Origin: Saprospiraceae bacterium
GTDB lineage: Bacteria > Bacteroidota > Bacteroidia > Chitinophagales > Saprospiraceae
Direction of reading: 5' to 3'
Assembly: GCA_044228225.1 (NCBI GenBank)
Contig: JBGAVH010000021.1
Span: forward strand, 1,737 to 65,736
Length of the DNA stretch: 64,000 nucleotides
The notes under the pieces were generated by a model, which saw nothing but the letters and a program-made list of their open reading frames with translations, was not told where the DNA came from and did no database searches. A program made the translations under genes and the position numbers. This document shows positions 57,601 through 64,000 of this stretch, piece after piece; positions within the stretch are counted from its first letter, which is position 1; each line of letters opens with the position of its first letter.

Positions 57601-59029
57601 CATGATAAGTTTAAATATTATAAACAATGGTCCTAATTGCAAATCTGTAAGTGATATAGACTGCAAGAAAAAAACAACTTATATTGAAGTATTTTTAGAT
57701 GAAAATAGAAATCAAGTACAAGACTTCGGAGAAAAAGGTATTTCAAACGTTCTTTTAAGTGTCGAAGGCGACCCCGCTAACTATCTTTCAAACTTAGACG
57801 GCAACATAGAAATAATTTGCGAGGAAGATAGGTTTTATAAAATTAAACTACAACAGGATCAGTTGACTTGGAAATTAAGTACGTCTAATCAAGAATATAA
57901 TTTTCAATTTATATCTGCAAATAGTAGTGATACAATATTTAAATTTGGGCTTTATCCTAATTCCGATTTTCATAAATTAAGTATTCAAGCTCTAGGTGAG
58001 AGAAACCGTTGTAATGAATTAGGAACCTTTGAAATAATATATAAAAATGAGGGTACATATGAGGAATCAGGAGAAATAAAAATAAAATATGACCCATCAT
58101 TTAAATATATTGAAAGTTATCCTTTACCTGTTAAAATAGATGAAGTATTTCAGGAAATTTATTATAATTATAATGGAATTTTGGCTCAAGACTACTCCAA
58201 AATTAAAATAAAATTCCTAATGCCAGGTCAGAATTCTGTGACAACTCCTAAAAGCTTGGTATCTACAATAAATAATAAGTTAAGTTCAAGTAACCCTATA
58301 AGTGCAGTTCACAAATTGGAAACTATTATCCGATGTGCATATGATCCCAACGATAAAGTTGTGAATCCAGTTGGAAATACAGAAAAAAATCTTACTAAAA
58401 TTGGCTCATTATTAGAATATACAATTCGATTCCAAAATACAGGAAACGATTTTGCTCGAGAGGTTGCAATTCTTGACACATTAAGTCAATATTTAGATGT
58501 TTCTACTTTTCGGATTATCAATTCTAGTCACCAGGTTTCGGTTTCATTAAAAGGAAATATTGTTACATTTTATTTTAAAGACATTATATTGCCTGATAGC
58601 AATACAAGTAAGATAGAAAGTCAGGGTTTTGTTACTTTCGCAATTAATCACATAAATGGAATATTGGAAGGAAGTGAGGTATTAAACAGTAGTTCAATAT
58701 ATTTTGATCAGAATATTCCTGTTTTGACAAATACGGTTGTAAGTAAATTAATCAAGGAAATAGTCAACAGTGATCTAGAAATTAATAAAAATAAATTTAT
58801 TATTTATCCAAATCCTAATAATGGAATTTTAAAAATTGAACACCCAACACAAAAAATAAAGAACGTTGAGTTATACAATTTATATGGCGTTAAAATTGAA
58901 GCAAATATAAAAATAAATAATAATTTTACTGAAATAACTATAATTCCAGGTGCCAATAACACATTTATAGCTAAGGTAATTGATGAAAGAAATAATCAAT
59001 ATTATTTTAAATTGATTATTCAAAAATAA
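54686..59029 (+). CDS. Large surface protein with three receptor-L-domain-like/LRR-like beta-helix modules, a conserved CAYDPNDK...RFQNTGND domain and T9SS C-terminal sorting domain
   Basis: The 1447-aa protein has a signal peptide and repeated L..L..I.G.L.I..N rungs. Each of the three modules starts with a C...F.SQ..ID.F....C...GD..I header. The C-terminus is IYPNPNNGILKIE. Confidence 0.85.
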   Translation: MMKTIWAHFKLLLVLLFISSFSKLGSQICLPGNTIFDSQEKIDNFLNSNPNCTIIDGDVTIGHPYQAGSTVNNLNGLKNIIKINGDLIIRANYYLTNLAGLNNLVEVGGEFKIEGNNTLSSISDFNQLKLIKGKYSINDNLALNEISGFNKLVTIEGKFSIHSMSKLSIISGFNELLSVEGLELYSLNNVVELSKIISLKISDTSSVFINYCPKLKTLINLESSTKRMKSLTITDCDNFENLNSISSIQIVSENMTLERLPLIENITGLKEIRSCGNLRIANINKLKDLSDLKNLKQVNGIIEIIGLPLITSLDGLENISKNNLQANSSGLKFILRNNSKLSDCTQNCDLISLPESEKLIEFNALGCATNRQAWVNCNLHKCKYSSLNFKTQSQIDSFVTQNKFCEYLYGDICIGACDSDYVKGKILNLKGLNNLDTIIGSITIKNISNLNLADLGGLRVVNGNFKSEDNQNLSFDNFFSGIGGSFVIKNSSILGWPTTFKNQIGIGGDFVIDGVSGTINWKDFEKLEYINGDFIIANNNNLVASPSFLKPVKVLGSVIFENNLKLSGINYNITPINYIGVDFKFSNNPIAPWIYLKVDSIHGKFEIDQIANGSQNGFSFLKYIGGDLIIKNYAHNFSQNFSSLSQVNGKLHISGCSGILNFVGFNYLDKINGSLEIIANSNLTSLEGLHMIEPKSIKSRILGEKDLNISDNPKLNNCDLENLCNIIHSIEKNIYISNNNGRCNSVDDLKTDCDTIECPLNLNIFSQSEIDNFDRKYYNCDYVEKDISIQQNITNLYGLKTIKSIGGNLNISGTSCLDLVGLDNLEFIGGNLSISSNEKLTSLFGLKSINRLKNVTFIDNKSLLHLKGMDNLNFIERINFLNVFLNSFQGLEKIDTILNFSAAYSKNLYSLQGLEGLKYFNNLDLNSNDNLSNITSLDNIPLQNDTRKVYISGNKKLNICNTNFICRTLRHPMISLNIINNGPNCKSVSDIDCKKKTTYIEVFLDENRNQVQDFGEKGISNVLLSVEGDPANYLSNLDGNIEIICEEDRFYKIKLQQDQLTWKLSTSNQEYNFQFISANSSDTIFKFGLYPNSDFHKLSIQALGERNRCNELGTFEIIYKNEGTYEESGEIKIKYDPSFKYIESYPLPVKIDEVFQEIYYNYNGILAQDYSKIKIKFLMPGQNSVTTPKSLVSTINNKLSSSNPISAVHKLETIIRCAYDPNDKVVNPVGNTEKNLTKIGSLLEYTIRFQNTGNDFAREVAILDTLSQYLDVSTFRIINSSHQVSVSLKGNIVTFYFKDIILPDSNTSKIESQGFVTFAINHINGILEGSEVLNSSSIYFDQNIPVLTNTVVSKLIKEIVNSDLEINKNKFIIYPNPNNGILKIEHPTQKIKNVELYNLYGVKIEANIKINNNFTEITIIPGANNTFIAKVIDERNNQYYFKLIIQK

Positions 59030-59354
59030 AAATTAAAGATTTGTCTATTTCCACTACAAGGATATTCAATTTTTGACATCTAACTAAAACAGGTGGGTAA
59101 ATTTTTTATGTTTTTAATTGATTTAAAGAAATTTCGGATTAGCTTTGATATAAAATTATACCATTGAGATTTATAATTTAGTTCAATATATTTAGGTGTA
59201 ATGCCAAATGAAAAATAATTTATCTATTAACTTTGGACTAATTTGTTTTTCATTTCGGTATTAATAGTCTCTTACCAACATATTTTACAATTGAACTTAT
59301 TATGGCTAAATTATTCTAAATTTGAATAATTTCGATTTTAATAACACTTTTGTT

Positions 59355-60755
59355 TTATAATTTGACAAACTTAAGATAGGTGCTTTTAGTATTAGCAAGC
59401 TCTAACTTTAAAAAGTAAATCCCATTTTGCAGCATTTCTGTATTGATTTTCTTGGATTGACAATTACCTTTACTTACTAACTTCATATCCTGAGAATAAA
59501 TGGAGAAGAACGCACAATCAGTATCATCAGGAAATTCTAAATATAGTTCAGCATTAACCGGTTGAGGGTATAAATTTATCCCATATTTGTAATTTGGCTG
59601 ATTTGTTTGTACAAGATCATCTGGAAGACAATTTATTTTAGTAGGTCTAGATACGTTTATGTAAGTATTATTTCCTACGGATCCTTCTAAATTGTAGCCC
59701 CATGCCCATAGTGTTAAATCTCTTTTTAATGCCAAAGTATGAATATGACCTGCTTCTATAAAAATCCAATTGGTATCAGTCCCAATTTTTGTAGGAACAT
59801 AAAGAGGGGAAGTAGTGCCATTACCCAATTGACCAAAATCATTTGAACCCCATGCCCATAAAGATCCATCCATTTTTAAAGAAATGCTATGATATACACA
59901 AGGTTGAATAAATTTCCAATCTTTTTCATTTCCGATTGGAATTAATGATGATTGATGATTTGTATTTCCATTCCCAAGTTTTGCATTATTATTTAATCCT
60001 GCTCCCCATAAGTTATTATCAGTATCTATACAAAAAATATGAGAGTATCCTGAAATTATATATTCCCAAATTTTACCATCATTCATGAATGTTGGCTTGG
60101 GATAATTTAGGTTACTATTGTTGCCAAGATAAGATCCTGCGCCCCAACCCCATCTTGAGCCATCTGATTTTAGTGCTTGACTATAGTGCCATCCTGCTGA
60201 AATGCTTTTCCAATTACTATTGGAATCAATAAGAATAGGAAAATTGAAGTCGCCAATAATTCCATTTCCAACTTGCCCGTAAAAATTTCCATTTTCCATA
60301 TTACTTCCCCAGGCCCAAAGCGTGCCATCTTCACTGATAGCCAATGTATGGTAACCACCTCCAGAAATTTCTTTCCATTTATGATTATTGCCAATTTGAA
60401 CTGGCTTAACTTTATCAGTAAAACTAGAATCACCTAACTGTCCAAATTTGTTACTTCCCCATGTCCAAAGACTTCCATCAGTCTTAATAGCGATAGAATG
60501 CAAACTTCCTGCACTTATTTTGAACCAATTTGTATCCGTTCCTACTTGGACGGGGTAATTTCTTCTAGTTTTAGTTCCATCTCCCAATTGGCCGGAATTA
60601 TTATCACCCCATGCCCAAAGGGTACCTTTTATTTTAATGGCTAAACTGTGAGTACTAGATGCAGAAATGTCTTTCCAGCACTGAGAATTTAATATAAATG
60701 GGTAGTTAAGCAAAAAGTGCAATACAAATAAGGTTAAGGTAATATTGGATTTCAT
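59355..60755 (-). CDS. RCC1-repeat (beta-propeller) protein with T9SS C-terminal sorting domain
   Basis: The motifs WAWG.N..GQLGDG / HSIAIK recur about 7 times. The C-terminus is LYPQPVNAELYLEF...IYFLKLE. Confidence 0.88.
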   Translation of the reverse strand: MKSNITLTLFVLHFLLNYPFILNSQCWKDISASSTHSLAIKIKGTLWAWGDNNSGQLGDGTKTRRNYPVQVGTDTNWFKISAGSLHSIAIKTDGSLWTWGSNKFGQLGDSSFTDKVKPVQIGNNHKWKEISGGGYHTLAISEDGTLWAWGSNMENGNFYGQVGNGIIGDFNFPILIDSNSNWKSISAGWHYSQALKSDGSRWGWGAGSYLGNNSNLNYPKPTFMNDGKIWEYIISGYSHIFCIDTDNNLWGAGLNNNAKLGNGNTNHQSSLIPIGNEKDWKFIQPCVYHSISLKMDGSLWAWGSNDFGQLGNGTTSPLYVPTKIGTDTNWIFIEAGHIHTLALKRDLTLWAWGYNLEGSVGNNTYINVSRPTKINCLPDDLVQTNQPNYKYGINLYPQPVNAELYLEFPDDTDCAFFSIYSQDMKLVSKGNCQSKKINTEMLQNGIYFLKLELANTKSTYLKFVKL

Positions 60756-61272
60756 AATGCTAAAAATTTATTAGTTTCTTTTAATTTCAGAGATAAATTT
60801 ACTAATTTATTTTAGATTCTTGCAAAATAATATTAATATAAAACAATATTACCAATATATTTAAATTAAACTAATAGTTTTTAAAAAAAAAAAAAAGAAA
60901 TTATTTGCCAGCTCGAAATAATATTGATCTCAATAAACTTAGTACAACTAAAATCATTTAATAATATTAAATATTTTACATTGCATTCTATATTTCATAA
61001 CAAATAGTCAAATGTAAATAAAAATTGCTCATTTAAAAAAAGTTCCAAAACCCCAAAAATTAATTTATAAATTGTCAATTAAAACGATCAAAATAATAAC
61101 ACAGAGAAGAACAACGATAGAATTTACCAAAATATGCAGAAAACTAATAAAGATTAAAAATTAAGCTATTTTTTGAAAAAATAATTCTTCTTTTTTAAAA
61201 AAAAACTCATCCCCAAAGATAAAATCTTAAGGAATGAGTTTAAAATATTATTAATAAAGTAAAACGCTCTCT

Positions 61273-62553
61273 TTAGTTAATGATGAAATCAACAACGATC
61301 CTTGTACCAATGGATGATGTCGCAACCAATTGATATACCCCATTCTGTGTTTCTTCCAAATCAATTTGTTGAAGACTTCGCGGTCCAGTATAAGGGATGT
61401 TTTCTATTCCAAGTATTCGATCACCAGTAATGATATCCACGATTTGTAGATCTGTAATATAATTTTGATCGATTTGATGATCCATTACCACATTAATAAT
61501 TCCACCAAATTTTATTGGATTGGGATAAACCTGAACATCAATTAGATCACCAGGCAAGGTTGCAGGTTTGCAAAATTTACAAATAACTATATCTTTTGAA
61601 ATACAAGTACCACAAGCAAAATTGGGAAGTTTTTTAGATTCATCTTGTTTTAAATTTATTTGATTGCAAGGATTGTATTCATCCATTGCAGGATTTAAAA
61701 TTGAAGCTGAATAAGCCCATAAAGCCACTTTTATTTTATAGGTTCTGCATATATCCCACGGCGCACCACCTGTCCAACTATAACATTCTCCTATCACAGC
61801 ACCTTCAAAACAAGGATCATTAATTCCATCTTGTAAATAAACGTAACTATTCCAATCCTTGAATGGCTCTTCAATGGATCCATAATCCAAACAGTTGTAT
61901 TCCTGCAGCAATTGAGATACCAATCCTTTTCCAAAATCCCACGTACCATCCACGATATTATTATAACCATAATGGGCAGGATCAGTAATCCGATAACATC
62001 CTATACTTTGATCGGAAAGTGGCCACAACGAATAATTAATCGCATGACCCGTAGTGTATTTAGGTAGTGGACATGTATTGTATGGTTGAATGGCAATAAT
62101 CTCCATATCGTAAGGCTTGATGTAAACTTGAGTACCGCTATTGATATCCAATGGGGTTAATAAGCCCGGTCCGTAAAATTCAACTTTAAATAAGTTGGAT
62201 GAATTGAAAGTAAATTTAACCGGAAAAGTATAACCGGACATTGGAAGATAAGGTACATTGAATTGACTCAATACCAAAGTCCAATTACCTGGTGATGTTT
62301 CTTCAAATATTTTAACATCAACATTATTATAAGCCCAAACACCCAATGAATGATTCCAATAGACCAGATGTTCCATACCTTTGACGACATTCAAATAATG
62401 CGGACCCGCAGAAGTGTTGTAAACTTTTTTAATTCCACCATAACAATACTGTAATGCTAATCCATGAGGATTGGGAGAACCATTTGGTTCTTGAGAAAAT
62501 ATTTTCGTAACGCTTAACGAAAACATGAATAGAAAGATTAGTAAATTTTTCAT
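61273..62553 (-). CDS. Secreted Cys-containing protein with T9SS C-terminal sorting domain
   Basis: A signal peptide starts at ATG 62553 (MKNLLIFLFMFSLSVTKIFSQ). The C-terminus is VYPNPIKFGGIINV...VYQLVA. Confidence 0.75.
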   Translation of the reverse strand: MKNLLIFLFMFSLSVTKIFSQEPNGSPNPHGLALQYCYGGIKKVYNTSAGPHYLNVVKGMEHLVYWNHSLGVWAYNNVDVKIFEETSPGNWTLVLSQFNVPYLPMSGYTFPVKFTFNSSNLFKVEFYGPGLLTPLDINSGTQVYIKPYDMEIIAIQPYNTCPLPKYTTGHAINYSLWPLSDQSIGCYRITDPAHYGYNNIVDGTWDFGKGLVSQLLQEYNCLDYGSIEEPFKDWNSYVYLQDGINDPCFEGAVIGECYSWTGGAPWDICRTYKIKVALWAYSASILNPAMDEYNPCNQINLKQDESKKLPNFACGTCISKDIVICKFCKPATLPGDLIDVQVYPNPIKFGGIINVVMDHQIDQNYITDLQIVDIITGDRILGIENIPYTGPRSLQQIDLEETQNGVYQLVATSSIGTRIVVDFIIN

Positions 62554-62891
62554 AATAATAAGTTTTATATAATAAATTAACAATGCACAATGATAAGTTT
62601 AAATGCATTATTAAAAATCCAAACTTTTCAAATAAACATAATTAGATATAAACGGTGTCTTCATATTAAACCAACGGACAAATTTTAATACAAATGGAAA
62701 ACAACCTCCTCATAAAATTATCGACATGTGATTTTATAAAATAAAAAAACCACACCATAATGATCGTATGATGTGGTCATTATTTAATTTAATAGATTAT
62801 ATAAAATAATTTTTAATTATTTTATACCGAAGACCTATTTGATCAATATGTTGAAGTAACTTATAACATTATCAAACTAACTTAGCAAAAT

Positions 62892-64000
62892 TTACTCTTT
62901 TATAAATTTACGAGAAAATGTGTCACCATTATCAGTTATAATTGTCAATAAATAAATACCCCTGTCAAATTGAGAAATATTCTCAACAAAAATTTTATTA
63001 TTGAATATCATATCTCCACTATAAATAGTCTTTAATATTCTTCCATCTATTGCAGCCAAGTTAATGGTGATGCTATTGTACTTATTTATTCTATTTGAAA
63101 CCTCAAAATTGAGTATATCAATTGCTGGATTTTGTAAGATTTTTAAATTAAATTTGGAATTTACAATAATATTATCTTCAATATGCTTGTATGTGGAACT
63201 TCGCAAATCAAATTGAAAATCAGTATTTATTCCATTTTCTAAATTTCCAATATCAGTACCAAATTTAACCGCAAGATAATCCATATCAATGGATGGATCT
63301 ATTGATATGGTTTTATTAATATTACTAAATAAATATTGTGCCTTATTACTGATTTTTGTAAAATCTTTGGTTGTAAGATCGCCAATCAATAATAATTCTC
63401 CATTATAAATAAATGCTTCCATTGATTTGATAACTTTAGCCCCCTTTAAGTCATCATCTGATCCTCTGGTATCTAAAATGAAAATTTTAAATGATGCATA
63501 AGTATTTGCCATATCAGGGTCATCAACTAAAAGTTCAGCATTTATACCATTGATAATAATTTGGTGGTTCCTTGTATCAAAAACTACATTGTTATCACTA
63601 ATTTTAGCTCTAGTTCCAAGTAAATCTGGATTTGATAAATTTTCATTCCTATACATTGGAATTACTGCAAAAGATTCATAGATTTTTTTCTTGTCCAATC
63701 CTGTGCTAAATTGAGAGGTATACCCTGGTTGTGTATAAGTCCAAGCATAACCATTTAATGATGGACCAACACCGGCGTGTGCTTCTGCTCTCGTTGCAAC
63801 TGGAATTGGCGTAAATCCAATACAAGGACAGGTTTTTCCATACTTATCTACTTGTGTATTAATTGTACAAGCTTTTTGTGTACCTGATCCTTCTCCATAG
63901 GCAGGAGCCCCAAAATTTAAATTAACGCAGGCGTATGAAATATACTTCCATTGTAAGTTGCCAACACATCTTTTCCTTTTTACATAATATGCATCAGCAA
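62892..64000 (-). CDS. Secreted protein with T9SS C-terminal sorting domain, 5' end outside the window
   Basis: The listed ORF starts at a TTG (63698). By manual translation the same frame stays open with no stop up to position 64000 (...CPCIGFTPIPVATRAEAHAGVGPSLNGYAWTYTQPGYTSQFSTGLDKKK...). The C-terminus is IYLLTIITDNGDTFSRKFIKE. Confidence 0.65.
   Translation of the reverse strand, partial: ADAYYVKRKRCVGNLQWKYISYACVNLNFGAPAYGEGSGTQKACTINTQVDKYGKTCPCIGFTPIPVATRAEAHAGVGPSLNGYAWTYTQPGYTSQFSTGLDKKKIYESFAVIPMYRNENLSNPDLLGTRAKISDNNVVFDTRNHQIIINGINAELLVDDPDMANTYASFKIFILDTRGSDDDLKGAKVIKSMEAFIYNGELLLIGDLTTKDFTKISNKAQYLFSNINKTISIDPSIDMDYLAVKFGTDIGNLENGINTDFQFDLRSSTYKHIEDNIIVNSKFNLKILQNPAIDILNFEVSNRINKYNSITINLAAIDGRILKTIYSGDMIFNNKIFVENISQFDRGIYLLTIITDNGDTFSRKFIKE

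Overview
This is a visibly AT-rich, Bacteroidota-type chromosome segment; many predicted proteins end in T9SS (Por) C-terminal sorting domains. Positions 1-14218 form one compact minus-strand CRISPR-Cas locus. In order it holds: a CRISPR array with a 35-bp repeat that runs off the window start, cas2, cas1, a four-helix-bundle (23S-IVS-type) gene bracketed by inverted short-word repeats, a stand-alone group-II-intron-type reverse transcriptase, and cas6. After a 269-bp gap come cmr6-cmr5-cmr4-cmr3-cas10-cmr1 (type III-B), a 103-aa membrane/coiled-coil ORF, a 527-aa CorA-like membrane protein (GMN motif plus 2 C-terminal TM helices) and a DEDDh 3'-5' exonuclease. Cas10 has no HD domain and no CARF/SAVED effector is visible. 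The best reading is therefore a CorA-coupled (SAM-AMP-type, non-cOA) type III-B signalling system with an unusual accessory set: a DEDDh nuclease in the place of NrN or the lyase, an extra small TM protein, and RT-assisted adaptation. This is the most interesting system in the window. The rest of the window holds housekeeping genes (ruvC, YceI-like, DUF1003 and others), a candidate phosphorus-free-lipid cluster (btaA-btaB-glycosyltransferase plus an LpxH/PlcP-like phosphoesterase), a TonB-dependent receptor pair, and a steroid-5-alpha-reductase/SDR pair. There is also a long run of T9SS cargo genes with eukaryote-like repeat folds (FG-GAP, Kelch, RCC1, receptor-L-domain-like, BNR, SdrD-B). A dispersed family of heptamer/short-word tandem repeats (GGTTAAT, CGTAATT, GGAGAAC, GGTAATC, CCTAYAGCCT) punctuates the intergenic regions. 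One such tract (GGAGAAC x11) lies inside the only possible 5' coding region of a Cys-rich lipoprotein gene, making it a phase-variation candidate. All functional calls rest on motif and architecture recognition by eye; no database search was run.
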